The notes below the pieces were generated by a model. The model was not told the DNA's origin and did not search any database. It was given only the letters and a program-made list of their open reading frames with translations. A stretch of DNA of 64,000 bases from Octopus sinensis (taxonomy: Eukaryota). Of this stretch, positions 39,588-55,639 are shown piece after piece. The position numbers were made by a program, and so were the translations under genes. The stretch is taken from positions 34,918,464-34,982,463 of the forward strand of contig NC_043011.1 of the NCBI RefSeq assembly GCF_006345805.1, written 5' to 3'. Positions within the stretch are counted from its first letter, which is position 1, and each line of letters begins with the position of its first letter.

Positions 39588-41339
39588 TATATATATGTAT
39601 GTATATACACACACACATATACACACACACAATATATATGATGCATCACAACATATGTTTCTACAAATGTTGTGGTGCATTGATAAAGCCCATGAATTTC
39701 CATCTGTATGTTATTATTGTTTGAAATTAGTTCAACGTATGTTGCCATACCATTGGGTTATCCTGGGAGATGAAATTAACAGATGGTAGCCAACAGCCAG
39801 AAGCACTGGGGCTTTTTAAGAGTGCATTGCAAGGTTTCTGCCCAAACTAAACTAAACGGATGTGTGTGTGTGTGCATGTGTGTGTTTGTGTGTGTGTATG
39901 TGTGCATGTGCATTCATGTGTGTTTTTATGTCTGTTTTGTCTCCTACCACCAGTTGATCATTGTTGGTATGCTTATACTCTTTTACTTGTTTCAGTCATT
40001 TGACTGTGGCCATGCTGGAGCACCACCTTTAGTCGAGCAAATCGACTTCCAGGACTTATTCTTTGTAAGCCTAGTACTTATTCTATCAGTGTCTTTTGCC
40101 GAACCACTAAGTTATGGGGACGCAAACACACGAGCATCGGTTGTCAAGCGATGTTGGGGGGACAAACATATACACACACATACACATACATATATATATA
40201 TACATATATACGATGAGCTTCTTTCAGTTTCTGTCTACCAAATCCACTCACAAGGCTTTGGTCAGCCTGAGGCTATAGTAGAAGACACTTGCCCAAGGTA
40301 CCACACAGTGGGACTGAACCATGTGATTCGTAAGCAAGCTACTTACCACACAGCCATTCCTATGCCTATGTCTCTGTGACTTAGTGGTCTGGCAAAAGAA
40401 ACCAACAGAATAAATACCAGGCTTCAGAAATATGAGTCCTGGGGTTGATGGTTCATTCAGCTAAAATTCTTCAAGATGATGCCCCAGTATGGCCACAGTG
40501 AAACAAACAAAGGATAAATGATTTCTGTGTGAATGTTTACTTTACTATCTTAGACTGTGCATGGAGTAAAACAAGGTTCACTGTCCTGAGTCCTGAGACT
40601 CCTAAGGTGGCTTCCCTGGTTACCATGATGTGTAAGTGACTGAGATGGCAACGTTATCCCCTGCATGGGACGCCAGTCCATCACAGTGTTACTCATTTAC
40701 AGTTGGGTGGACTGGGGTAGTGAGAAATAAAGTGTTTTACTCAAGAACACAATGTACCACCTGGTTTAGGAACTTAAACTATGATCTTGCAAACATGGAG
40801 CAGAGCACCCTAACTATGAGACCATGCACCTTCACATATGCATATTAGCCCCACAGTTTCATCCCAAGAGGTTTTAAGATATGCCTCCCTCATCTGTTGA
40901 TCTCTATGGAAACAGGGAATTATTATTGCTCCTAGTGATCCTCATGAACAGAACAAGAAATATATTAGCTTAGAACTTCATCATCATCATCATCATCATC
41001 AACACCATTCAATGTCCCTTTTTCCAATGTGGTAGTTTGATTGTGGCTGGTAAGCAGGAGAGTTGCACCAGGTTCCATACTGTTTTGGTTTCGTTTCTAC
41101 AGCTGGATGCCCTTTCTAATGCCAACCACTCTACAGAATTGTACTGTATGTGTCACCAGCATGAGTTCCTTTTATGTGTCACCTATTTAAAAAAAAAAAA
41201 TTATGTTGCACCCTAGAATTCACAAGACTGCCTACCCACTTCCCACAGTGTATAAATGACTAATATCACAACATTCCCCTCAACAAGGTGCCAGTCCATT
41301 ACAGGGTTAGTTGTTTGCATCTGAGTGAATTAAAGTTAA

Positions 41340-41525
41340 CCCTTTCGATACCAACCTGGCTGAAACCACCTCTGGCTCTGTACTACAAATGTCTTGTTTA
41401 CATAAGTTTTGAATTAAAATCTTCCACCAAACCTTAGTTACAATTTATGTTTCTAACACTAGCTTAATGATAACTAAGTTATTTTACTAAATTCTTTGTT
41501 GTATTTCAAAGTAATTAAAAGAAAC
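41340..41525 (+). mobile_element. piggyBac-like MITE 5' part
   Basis: TTAA|CCCTTTCGATACCAACC; a related end lies in reverse at ~18960-19100. Confidence 0.6.
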
Positions 41526-43419
41526 TCAAAGTATCATCATCATCATCATCATCATCGTTTAACGTCCGTTCTCCATGCTAGCATGGGTTGGACGGTTCGA
41601 CCGGGGATCTGGGAAGCCAGAAGGCTGCACCAGGCTCCGGTCTTATCTGGCAATGTTTCTACAGTTGGATGCCCTTCCTAACGCCAACCACTCCGTGAGT
41701 GTAGTGGGTGCTTTTTACGTGCCACCTGCACTGGTGCCAGGCGAGGCTGGCATCGGCCACGGTTGGATTGGTGCATTTTACGTGCCACCTGCACAGGAAG
41801 CCAGTCGAGGCGGCACTGGCTTCGGCCATGATTCGGATGGTGCTTTTTACGTGCCAAAGTATCTCAAAATAAATACGGTAACAAAAGGGTCAAAGGGGAA
41901 GTTTCTGTCTTGAGTCATGCAAAGTCATAAGGGCCAGTTTCCCTGTTGCTATGGCTTATATATTCTCCTCCTGAATGGTGTGCTGATCCATCGCAGCGTT
42001 ACTCATTTTTCCCAGCTGAGTGAACTGGAACAACATGAAATTAAGTGTTTTGCTCAAGAAACAATGCATCACCTGGTCCAGGAATTGAAACCACAATCTT
42101 CTTATCATGAGTCCAACATCCTAACCACTATGCCACACTCTTCTACAACTGAGTGAACTAGAGTAATGTGAAATGAAGTGTTTTTCTCAAAAACGCAATG
42201 CTTCACACACACTTTACCCCACACAAGGACACATATGGAAACACGTATCCACACATATAGAGATGCACATCCATACATACAAACATGGTACATAGTTGCA
42301 AAACACACACAGACATGTGCACACAAGGAGACAGAGGTGCATACATATACAAACATATGCTCACACACACATATACATAAAAAATACACAAACACAGACA
42401 TGCAAGCACATGAATATGCAGAATACATACAGACAGATGCACACACATACATACATATATACATGTGCATACACATACATGTATACATGCACACATACAT
42501 ACATACATACATACACACATACATGCATGCATGCATAGGCACAGACACACACACACTGACCCACACACATGCGCACAAACAAACAAAAGGAAACGCAGTG
42601 TAAATAACGGACAGAGTCAAGACTATTGAAAAGGTTGCAAGACACAACGAAAATTTTAGGAAAATAAAAATATAAAATAAATGGAAATTTTACTGGTGAG
42701 TGTGTTAAATTATAAGGCACAAAACAAAAATGACTCTCCCCAGACACAATAGACAATGCTTCACCCAGTCCAGGAATTGAAACCACAATCTTACGATCAT
42801 GAGTTCAATTCCCAAACCACTAAGACATGCACTTCCATAACTGAGTGAACTGGAGCAACTTGAAATAAAGTGTTTTGCTCCAGAACACAATGCATTGCCA
42901 GGGCTGGGAATTGAAACTACAATCTTGTGATTATCAGTGTGATATCCTAACCTCTAGACCATGCAACTTCACTGTGTGTGAAGAGAGAACGTTATACTAA
43001 TTAATATGTATGCAATTATGTGGTAACATGGTTGTCATAATTAGCGTGAATTGAAATGTATGTGGATGTTCAAGATGTCAAGTGATGTAGCTAATTAAGC
43101 AAAGTGGAATTTCTCGGTGAACTTGAAAGAGAGTGGCTTTTTATGACAGGCGGCAAACAACTGGCAAGATGGGCAGACACGCATGAATGACAATCATTAA
43201 TTAGTCAAAATTAAAGCCAAGGCTGGTATTTAACATGTGTGATTTGTAAAAACAAAATGAACCCCCCCCCAAAAAAGTACAAGTAATGTGGCAATAATGT
43301 GAAGTTGTATAAACGTCTCTCTCTCTCTCTAATATCAACAATAAAATAGCTAACTTCTATGTGTGAATACACAGAGTTGACACACAGTAATAATCTATAT
43401 ACAATATATTTGCATAAGA

Positions 43420-44240
43420 TCCATTCTACTATAGGCACGAGGCCTGAAATTTTGGAGGGTGGGGGATAGTCTATTACATTGACCCAAGTACTCAACTGGT
43501 ACGTAATTTATTGACCCCGAAAGGATGAAAGGCAAAGTCGACCTTGGCAGAATTTGAACTCAGATCATAGCGGCAGACGAAATACCACTAAACATTTCAC
43601 CCGGCGTTCTAACAATTCTACCAGCTCACCGCCTTATACATGTGTATTACAGAGACCCCTTTGGTCACGAATGACCATGGGATTGCACCTAGAAAGTTAC
43701 CCTCCAAGACACAAGTCCAGGCAAGGTTGTTTATGGAAGACCAGCAGATGCCCATGTATACCAGCCTCCTCTCTCCATGCCACTAATGTTATCCAAGGGA
43801 AAGAGAAAGGCCAATATAGCTTGGCATCAGTGACGTCACAACTCATTTCTTCAGCTGAGTGAACTGGAGCAATGTGAAATAAAGTGTCTTGCTCAAGAAC
43901 ACAACATGCAGCCTGGTCTGGGTTCAAACTCACAACCTCATGATCATAAGATCGATGCTCTAACCACTGAGCCATGCGCCTTCACATGTGTATAAAATAC
44001 TAAATAATATATATAGCTTCCATATGATCTTTTCAACTCTAGGCACAAGGCCCAAAATTTTGGGAGAGGGGGGGCAGTCGATTAGATTGACCTCAGTACA
44101 CAACTGGTACTTAATTTATCGATCCCGAAAGGATGAAAGGCAAAGTTGACTTTGGCGGAATTTGAACTCAGAATGTAAAGACAGACGAAATACTGCTAAG
44201 CATTTCACCCGGTGTGCTAACGTTTCTGCCAGTTCGCCGT
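43420..44240 (-). mobile_element. SINE B, SINE C and SINE B stacked in the same orientation
   Basis: B at ~43420-43635 and ~44030-44240; C at ~43640-43985 with head ggcgcatggctcagtggttagagc. Confidence 0.8.
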
Positions 44241-45199
44241 CTTATAGCTTTTATATAATATATTGCATATATAGGTACCAGTGTGTTGGCATGATAGTAG
44301 GAGACACTTTCCTTAGGTGCCACACAGTGGGACTGAACCCAGAAACATGTGGTTGGTAAACAAACTACTTATCACACAGCCACTCCTGTGCTATATTCTA
44401 TATTTCTTATAGAACCTGAAAATTGGAGGTCATGGAGCTCTAAAATGTGGGAGTTAAGGCCCCTATTGGGGGTGGGTGTCTTAATGTCAACCAGACAAGT
44501 TGAATTGTTGAGAATCTTTTTAACTTGGGTTTTATATATATTGTTTGAATTTCTTTGAAATAGGAAATATATGTATGTTCATTGGGTTTGTAAAAGAGAG
44601 CAAAGCTACAGGAAACCAAAAGACGAATGATCACAATAAGCAGTCAGCTACTGTACCCTAGTCATTACCACTCCTAATGTAGGATTCCTCACCATACAGG
44701 TGACAGGCACAGCTGTAAGATGCATTATGGATCTATAGCAATTGGAAGGGCATGACCCAACTGAAATAAACATTAACAACTGTGTGACATGAGGGCAAAG
44801 GAGAAATGAAAGTGTCACCTATGGAGTTAGCAAATGACCACTATACTGATACGTAACTGGTCAGAATAAATTTACAATCTATAAATGTCTTTGAATAACC
44901 AGTCACTCATCTGGGGACTATCTGTGACCCAGTGATGATAAAAAGACTGAAAGGAGGTCTGCAACTAAATAACTTTACCCAACACTTTGCAACTGAATCA
45001 GTGGAGGCAAAGATGCCTCTCATTTACTTGACAATTTATGCACCACATTGCAGAAATCACAGTCTAAGTATATCTCAAAGCAAACTCTTACACTGTTGTA
45101 CCATTGAATTACAAATAATGCTCATCTTTTATGCTCAGGTGATCTTACAGCGTCCAAGAGTACAACTGTATTCATCTTTGCTTAGATAAAATGACTAAA

Positions 45200-45829
45200 T
45201 TGTGGGTGTTAAGTCCCCGTGAAGGGGTCTTTCTAACTGGTAAGAAGATGAAATTTTATAAATATTACTTCATTTGTGTCTAATATCTATGGTTAAAATT
45301 TCATCAACAGCAAAAATATATGAATTGTCATGGAGGTTATGGCCCTTATGCATAGAATATAATTTCCAAATTTCATAAAGATCCATTCAGTACTTTTGAT
45401 CTAGTTTTGGATCCTAAAAGAAATTACTAAAATTTGGGAGTTAAGGCCCCCATTAGGGTGTCTTAGAATCCTCATGAGAAGTGGAAATTTTAGAATACTG
45501 CTTGAGGTGTGTCAATTACTCATGGTTGAAATTTCATCAACATCAAAACTTTATGAATTTCCATGGAGGTTCAGCCCACTTTAAGCCATCTGAAATTGAA
45601 ACCAAACATATTGCATTACACCTGCCCTTATGCATTGAATCTAAGCTCCAAATATCATAAGGATCCATTCAGTAATTTTGGTTCATGAAATTGTATGAAA
45701 CACACAGCATTACCCTTCACCCTAGGCTTGGATTTTGTGTTCCAAATTTCATTAGGATCGGGCAGCAGTTTTCGAATGTATAAGTAACGCACGAACACAC
45801 ATAAAGACATTGACTTTGATATAATAGAT
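45200..45829 (-). mobile_element. Probable non-autonomous Helitron-like element with internal repeats
   Basis: Minus-strand 5' end A|TCtattatatcaaagtcaatgtc; internal repeats (gagttaaggcccc..; gaaatttcatcaac..; gatccattcagta); related piece at ~44400-44560. Confidence 0.45.
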
Positions 45830-46571
45830 ATGAATATGCACATATACATACATGTATATGTGTATGTGTGTGTATTATATCATCATCATCATCATATGCT
45901 TGCATGGGTTGGATGGTTCAACTGGGGTCTGGGAAGCCAGAAGGCTGCACCAGGCCCAGTCTTATCTGGCAATGCTTCTACGACTGGATGCCCTTCCTAA
46001 CACCAACCACTCCGTGAGTGTAGTGGGTGCTTTTTACGTGCCACCGGCACGGAGGCCCGTCGGGGCGGCGCTGGCAACAGCCACGTTCAGATTGTTCCCT
46101 TATGTGCCACCGGCACTGGTATCACAGCTGCAATTTCCATATATATATATTATATACATACATACTTACACACACACACAAAGATAAATTGATAGATACA
46201 ACTGAGTGGGCAAATAAAAATATGAGACACTGCCTAGTGCTTTTTTTGTATTTTGATAAGCCTGGTACTTATTCTATCTGTTTGTTTTTGTGAAACCAGT
46301 AAGTTATGGGGATGTAAGTAAACAAACAGCAGTTGTGAAGCAGTGATGAGGGAGAAACACAGAGACAAAGACACACATAGACTTACATATATACATACAT
46401 ATATATACGATTGATTTCTTTCAGTTTCTGTCTACAAAATCTACTGACAAGGCTTTGGTTGGTCTGAGGCTATAGCAGAAGACACATGCCAAGTCACCAC
46501 ACAGTGTGACTGAACCCAGGACCATGTGTTTTGGAACCAAGTTTGTTACCACACAGCCACACCTGCACCTA

Positions 46572-46615
<44 letters not shown>

Positions 46616-46669
46616 TATATGGGTGTATATATGTATGCATGTATATATGTGTACATATTACATGTACTT

Positions 46670-46716
<47 letters not shown>

Positions 46717-46905
46717 TGCACATATATATGTATACATATACATCTATATCTATAGAAATACATTTATACACATATATGTATACATATAGTGGGTGAATGG
46801 CCTATTATGGCCGTTCCTTAATTGTTCATATATATATACATCTGTATATATATACATGTATATATATACATTTATGCAGATGTATACATACATATATATA
46901 TATAT

Positions 46906-46937
<32 letters not shown>

Positions 46938-47249
46938 TTTTTAGCATCCGTTTTCCATGCTAGCATGGGTTGGACGGTTCAACTGGGGTCTGGGGAGCCC
47001 GAAGGCTGCACCAGGCCAGTCAGATCTGGCAATATATATATATATGTATATATATATATATGTACATAATATATATATATGTATGTATGCATGCATGCAT
47101 GTATGTATGTATGTATGAATGTATGTATGTATGTATGTATGTATGTATGTAGATATGTATGTATGCATGCATGTATGTATTTAAGTATGTATGTATGTAT
47201 GTATGTATGTATGTATGTATGCATGTATGTAGATATGTATGCCTGTATA

Positions 47250-48466
<1,217 letters not shown>

Positions 48467-48467
48467 G

Positions 48468-50117
48468 CTAGCAGGTGTACCCGGCGTTGCCCTGGACTGT
48501 TTGTTAAGTATGCCTGGTCAGCATAATCTCCCACCAAATAGAGCTGAAGAAACTGAGATGAGGCAGTGTCATGTGGCTGCAGGGAACCAATTCTATGGTA
48601 AATCTGCCCCTACACTTTAAAGGAAAGCATAAAATGCCCATCTCGTATGATGTTGGCACTGAAGGAAGTCATTTGGAGTGCACAGTCATAGGTACATATC
48701 TGCTTGAGAAAGTCATGAGAATAAGGAGATGCCCCTGTCAAAAGATCAGTCAAAAGGGGTGGAGGATCTTGTAGAAGCAGTACTGTGATCTTACCATTAG
48801 AGCAGCACATGCTGGGAGTTTTTCCAGGCCACTTTTTAGCTCTGCAAAATTGGCAGATTGTGGATATGCAGCCTATTTGAACGTCACGGTGATTACTGTA
48901 GTCAATTGTAGGATCATAGTTGAATGCTGTCATTGACCATTGCGAGGAACAAGGCCTTGAGTAGGAACGTTGTGCAGCCCTTCGCTGAGTGGTAGCCTCC
49001 AGTTGCTGTTGTCTTTCCCTGTAGTCTCCGTAGCATGCACAGCAGCAGTTGAGGAAGCATCTCTTATAAGTTGAACTGTGCGTTGTGCTGCAGTCTCTGC
49101 AGCATCTCTTGTAAGTCAATCTGCACATTGTGCTGCAGTCTCTCAATCTTGTGCAGCAGCAGTAGAGGAAGCATTTCTTGCTCAGCGTGCTGAATGTTGC
49201 TCGTTGTGCAGCAATATGTGCTAACCGATCACAACACTGCTCTTCACTTTCCCTTCTCCACACTGAAGCCATTCTAAGTGCATTAAGAGAGTTACTCCTG
49301 ATGGCATCCTCAGCAGATTCATTTGTACACATACATACTTTCCTTTGCAGCATTTGTTTGTTGATCTATAATGGATCTTTTGCGTCAAGGCATGGTGGAA
49401 AATTATCAGTTTATGCAATAGAAAAAGTCTTAAGGAAAAAGCGGTGAATGTGTAGCACCCAAAAAATAGTAAAATGTAGTTGACAAAAACAGACCGAATT
49501 AAGGATTTTAAATTTTGGGTAAGAGTTTTGAAATTGCTAGTTTAAGTTGGAATAATTATATGAAAACACATGAAAACAAAGGCAAATTGTAACTCGCAAA
49601 TGGGTACTGCTGGCAGTACTGTGCAAGCAGTTGATAAGAGCTCACTACAGCTGACAAAGTAAAGTATTGATTTTTTCCAGCTGGGTGTGTATCATGTTTT
49701 TTCGCTGGCTCAAGCTAAATCCTAGGTGAATTTATGTTGTCTATTTATGTTGTCTAATTATGTAGTCTATTTATGTTGGGGCACACATGTCAAATTTGGT
49801 GAAATTCAGTTGAAAATTGTAGGAGTAGAAGTGGTTCACACAACACACAGACAGACAGATAGACAGACAAACAGACAACTTGTCTTTTAATATATAAGAT
49901 CAAATGCATATTGTTGCATAGACGTGGTGGGTTCAAATCCTAGATGAATCCTAGACAATGTTGGGGGGCACAGAGTTTCAAGGAAAAAAATTATAAGAAA
50001 ATGCATCCTAAGTCAAAGAGAGCACACATATCTAGTTTGGTGAAATTCAGCTGAAAATTGTAGTAGAACTGGTTCACACAACACACAGACAGACAACTTG
50101 CCTTTTAATATATAAGA
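48468..50117 (-). mobile_element. Internally deleted Helitron carrying the RepHel N-terminus; two tandem 5' ends
   Basis: ORF 48610-49353 with FNYDP..DY, CQFCRAKKWPGKTPSMCCSNGK, FLKQI..Y..ALQMTSF..FKV; 3' hairpin plus CTAG at 48468; A|TCttatatattaaaag 5' ends at 49899 and 50117. Confidence 0.88.
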
Positions 50118-50914
50118 TAGATACACAAACATATATACACATATCTGTGTGTGTGTGTGTGTGTGTGTGTGTTGTCCCCTACCACCTCTTGACGACTGGT
50201 GTTGGTTTGTTTAGGTCCCTATGACTTAATGATAGACCAAAAGAAACTGACAGAATAAGTACCAGGAAAGTAAATAGGAAAGTAAGATCTGGGGTTCATT
50301 TATTTGACTAAATCCTTCTCAGCAGTGCCCAACATGGCTGCAGTCTAATGACTGAAACAAGTAAAAGAACAAGGGACTAATATATATGTATTCACACCTA
50401 TAAAAACAAGAAATACTGGTGGGACCCATCAATAGAAACAAAAATTTGGTGCAAACATAACAGATCTGATATTATTCTGTGGGACAGGGAACAAAAGTCA
50501 GACACTTTTATAAGAAGTCAGCTGACCAGCAAATGTGAATGTACAATCAAAAGTGAATTAATGTTGAACTTACAGCTCTTGTATTCTGACTATAAATTCT
50601 CGTTTTTACCTTTAGTCATATGCACCACAGGTGCATTAGATTAGTTACCAACAAATTTACACAAAAACCTAGAAATATTAGGATTTTCAAAGAAAGAGAA
50701 AAAGAAACTTGCACGATTCTCCAAACCCAATCTGTTAGAGGTATAGTGAAGATTTGTAAGACATTGCAAAGGTTCTCCATCTGAGATTCTTTAGGTAACT
50801 AGACACACAGACTTGGGTGTGTGCATTGACAGTTCTACCAGCACACCAACTCAACCACATATTTACAAACACTGGGAACTGTTTTAACTTAAAAAAGTCT
50901 TGTCACTTTGTTAG

Positions 50915-51217
50915 CGATGGGTGGGCATGCATTGTCATGCAACAACAAAACTTTCTTCAACAATAGGCTTCGGCGTTTGGTGTGAATTGCTGGCTTCAGT
51001 TTGTTGGCCAGCAAAGTACGGTATCTTGCACTGTTGATCGTACACATCCTTTTCCAGAGTAAATCGAATCATTGCTCTTTGTTCTTCTTTGGTGAACATT
51101 GCTAGTGGAGTGGCCATGCTTACACAGTAAAGCCAGAAAGTAAAATGGTGCAATCAGGCTCAAACTTTGATCATGTGACCACAGGCGAAAGCGTAAATAA
51201 TTTTTGACTTCCCCTCG
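50915..51217 (-). mobile_element. Internally deleted mariner element
   Basis: TA|CGAGGGGAAGTCAAAAATTAT terminus; N-terminal KEEQRAMIRF and LKPAIHTKRR..VLLLHDNACP (HDNARPH motif). Confidence 0.8.
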
Positions 51218-51374
51218 TATATATACATTGTAAATCAAAAGAACTGAGAGCTGAAATATATCTAAACATATCAAAATCTCACTGTGAGTATGTGTTCTGT
51301 GAAGAGCAGTAAACAAAATGCGAAATGGTCAATCAAGAAACTCTCCCCTCTTTATTCCACTCATTAGTGGCACA

Positions 51375-53090
51375 GAAAGAATGTGTTTACATCCTTATTT
51401 AACCCATAGTTTGGATTGTAATTTTGTTGTGATATGGGCTGTTGGAGAACTTTTATCTTCAAAGTGACTTCCTGTCCAAAGACCTCAGCAGTCTCTGCAA
51501 AACAAGATGTCATATGCTGCAGGGTCAATTCTGTGTGAGCAGCAATGTTGGCGAATTGTAGCTTCCCGATCTGTTGCTTAAATGTCTTGGTTTGGAAATG
51601 TAAATGCCTTAGGCCGAATAGCACTTATCAAAGTCTCCTGTGACCCTTATGAGCAACATACTGAAGATGAAGAAAAGAATCAGTGTGGGGACGTAGCTCT
51701 GCCTTACATCATTCTTTACTGAGAGGGGTTTGGAAGGTTCATTGCTGCAACTGATTTGACCACACTGACCCTCATGTAGCTGAATTACCATTTTAGGAAT
51801 CAAGAAGGGGGAATATTGGTCATTTCATCATTAATTATAGTGTTGAATGCTTTGTTAATATCAATAAATGTCACGTATAATCTCTTGTTCTTTTCCCTAC
51901 AGTCCACTTGTAGCAGCATGGGAATAAGTGTCCTGTCAATAGTACTCCTGTTGTTTCTTATTTCTTTATTGCCCACAAGGGGCTAAACATAGAGGGGACA
52001 AACAAGGACAGACAAACGGATTAAGTCAATTACATCAATCCCAGTGCGTAACTGGTACTTATTTAATCGACCCTGAGAGGATGAAAGGCAAGGTCGACCT
52101 CAGAACATAAAGACAGACGAAATACCGCTAAGCATTTTGCCCGGTGTGCTAACGTTTCTGCCAGCTCGTCGCTCTGTTGTTTCTTAGTCCACAATTACTC
52201 TTTTGGAAGTGTTGTTCTGATGATGGCTGCTAGACTTCGGGAAGTATTCATGGTAAGGACTTTTTCCTGTGAAGAAAGGTTAACTTATTCCACAGTATAA
52301 GGACTAATCGAATTTATTCCCCTTGTTTTTGTATAGAGTGATGAATGCTACACCACTGAGGTTTAGCAGTTGTTTGCCTTGCTTCCAGCAGTAGATAAAT
52401 AATTCATGAAGTTTGGTTTATGACAATAGACCTTCGTTCTTCCAAATTTCTGGGGAGATTGCATCAACTTTTGAACACTTCCCACTTTTCGACTACTCAG
52501 TGACTTCGGTAATGTCTTCAGGGATTGAAATCTTGTCTGGCTCTGTTTCTTCTGGAGGCTGTGGGATGCGATGAATTACTAGGTTATGGACCATGTGGAT
52601 GGCACTGAAGAACTTCCAGAAATATTTCGAGCATCAATTCTGGATGGACATCTTGTCTGTGAAGAGTACCCATCCGTCTTCAAAGTTACAAATGGTGTAA
52701 CTGTCTGTGACATTACTAAGAATTTGAGAACCAGGAAGGTTCTTAAGAGATTCCAAATTTTTGTCAGAGATGAATGTACTATGGAAATCAAGAGAGCTCT
52801 GGGGTGTTTTGAGTAGGGTATGAAAAGACTTATGTGACAACAGGTCTCAAAATAGAAGTTTTAGCCGTGATGTTGTCAAGAGACTTACATTAGACCTTGC
52901 CAGTGATATCCAAATGAATAAAAGCTGGTGATATCCACCTTTCCTCTAAATCAACATCATTTTGGATCAAAGTTAAAATCTTAAGAATGTCTACAAACAT
53001 GAAAGTCCATCATTTTGGAAATTAGCTGTCTGGTCATTGGGCCCCAAATTTTGTTATAACATGGAGAGCAAAGGCTTTCTTCTGACAACT
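51375..53090 (-). mobile_element. Decayed RTE-clade LINE (RT region)
   Basis: LFTDKMSIQNR..IHRIPQP..KSGKCSKVDAISPEIWK and VIQLHEG..VKNDVRQSYVPTLILF..LQHMTSCFAETAEVFG. Confidence 0.75.
51961..52173 (-). mobile_element. SINE family B inserted in the RTE remnant with a 13-bp TSD
   Basis: TSD CTGTTGTTTCTTA at 51948-51960 and 52174-52186. Confidence 0.9.
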
Positions 53091-54834
53091 ACGGCACAAT
53101 AATTATAGTTTGTCCATTCGCAGTGGTTCAGACAACAGACAAATATTATATCAAAAGTAGTGGCAGCTTGTAGATAAAATTAGTGGGGGTGCTGCTTCAG
53201 AAAATTTTTAACTGTTGTTTTAATATTGTGTAAAAAGAAACAAACATATAAAAAGAAAATTTATACATAAACTTGATTGATTCATGTTTTAGCTACTGCC
53301 AGGTAGTGTGTTTAATTTGTTCACTGAATACTGTCGTGAATTCCCCCTTGTTTTTCAAAAATACCCCCTAAATCACAAAATAAGGGAGGAAAATCTGCCC
53401 TATATTTCAAATGCTGGTAGCAACACTAGCTGGAAGCAGGATAATAATCTAATTCTATACTTTATTACATTCAAGAATATAAACACGTTTTTAAGGACAA
53501 CTCATGCGGAGTCAAAAAGAACCACTACCTTTCTCCAGCACACCAGATTCAGCACTGCATGAACCACAGTGCTCTCTCTCCCTAGCATGCAGCTTCCTAT
53601 ATTGGACATGTGAGTATGCGCACAACAGCTAAACACTGTGTTGCTGGAACTGTGAAGCGCACAGTTCTATACAAGGATTTTTGTATTTTTTCTTAAACTA
53701 GGGGATGGCTACTGACATTAAGCTTAAGGATTAAATAATGTACATGTATAAAGAAAGAATTAAAGAAAAAAGGACTCATTATATTGAATGTTATTGATAA
53801 TATCGAGTGGAAATAGGGGGTGCTGTACATGAGCCACCAAAGATCAAAGGTGTTTCATAGCTTGCAGCATTATTAACTTAACTGACATACAAGTGGTTTG
53901 TGCAAAAGAGGCACGTTCATACAAAAATGTGAGGATCAATTGACAGTTGTTGTAGGCGCCTCCATGAAATAGTCGTACCAACAAATCAATAGATACTGCT
54001 ATAGATTAGCAAGAAATAGTAATCTATTCTACAGAGGTTTTTAATTCTTTATAACTTTCAGGTCTACCTCAACACAAACTTTCACTAATTAAAAAGAAAA
54101 TCTTCAATAATATTGCTGTGTAATTTAAATCAACCATGACTATGCGCTGACACTACATGAGTGGTTAAGAAGCTATACTGCTTGTCATCAAGACTGTTAT
54201 ATTCAGGAAGAGAAAACCTATCTAATTAGAAAAACAGAAAAGTGACAAATCAAAAATTTTCGTTGGTCTTTCTGTGTATGTATGTATGTTTTTATGTATG
54301 TGTGCATACACACCCACACACACAGGGAGTGAGAAGTATTTAAAGACATATTCAGTAATTTGTTAAACAATTCCAATCTGATAAAATCTAAATGCATTAA
54401 AAAAAAAATGAGTGCATGTTCTCGATATGTTTTCTTATAGGATTATCCTACGAATCCATCCTCAGCTTCAATGACTGCTTCTATGCGAAACCAGAACCAG
54501 ACATGCCTGTACTGAATAGTCCTTATTCATTTCAGCAGTCACCTGGACAATAGTGACCTCCAGTGAAGCTATGGCATTGTGAAGATGTCCATTGGCCTCT
54601 GTCTCAAGAACGCTCAAAGTGTAGAAGTTCATGAGATTTAAATGATGCAAATTTTGAGGCTACAAGTTTGGTGCTACTTGATCGCATAAGATTGCTTGGC
54701 ATTCATACCTGTATAATGTAGGCATTGTGAGAAGGTAGAAACACGTATGGTCATCCACTATGTATATTTAATCCATCCACAGCTTAACTGTCCCTGGCAC
54801 CTCAACATATTCAGCAGTATTAATTCCAAAACCT

Positions 54835-55535
54835 CGTGGGGGAAATGTGAGGTGGTATCATGTGACCTTTGTTACTCACTACTCCAAAAACCATCACAAA
54901 TGCTGGAAACTTAGTGTGCATCACTCTGGGGACCTCAGAATCTGCGAATAACCATCTGATATTTTCTTGTTAGACTTTTGGTCTTAATCGAAGGTTTTCT
55001 CATCAGAGAAGAGCTAAACCATGTCATGTTCATAAAACGTTTTAACCTTGTTGAGTAATCACATGGGGCAGATCAAACGATTAGATAAGAATTAACCTTT
55101 CTTTGGTATGCACAAGTTGTATTGAATGTCTTGTGCATCATATTTATGATAGTCCACTCCTACACCTGAACTTCTTTGGTGATGATCCACATTGATTTTC
55201 TGAGATCATTAACGATAATGTTTTGAACTTGATGGATGAATTGCAGTGTCTCAACTTTTTAGAAAGTTTTTCTTTGTTCTGATTTTTTTCTCTCCGTTTT
55301 GAGAGAGTTGAAATCTTCCTGCCAGATGCTTCTAATTCCATTCGAACTTGGTGTACAAAAGATCTTGCAACATTTAGAAAACTGGCAATTTCCAAATTGC
55401 TGTGTTCCGCGCACAAGACGAAAATGACTGCATATCCTTTCATTTCTTGTGTTAGCATTTTATCTATCATGGGGAATCTTAAAAAAATACAATAAACTTT
55501 AATTGGTTTGAAGATAATTGTCCTCAAATACCCTT
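54835..55535 (-). mobile_element. Tc1/mariner-superfamily (maT/DD37D-like) transposase fragment
   Basis: HTH region HSNLEIASFLNVARSFVHQVRMELE and catalytic region SDEKTFD.DQKSNKKNIRWL..VMHTKFPAFVMVFGVVSNKGHMIPPH. Confidence 0.8.
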
Positions 55536-55639
55536 CGCATCCTCTGTGTGTGTGTGTGCATATATTGTTGTAGTAGTAGTACTAGTTCCTACGTACGTTT
55601 CACCACCGTACCCAGGTAGATGCCATCAGAAACGTTACT

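Noticed and set aside
52586-52816. 76-aa + strand ORF MDHVDGTEELP...
   Set aside because: Antisense to the minus-strand RTE LINE remnant.
54430-54830. Possible RTE endonuclease remnant on the minus strand
   Set aside because: Too degraded to identify APE motifs with confidence.
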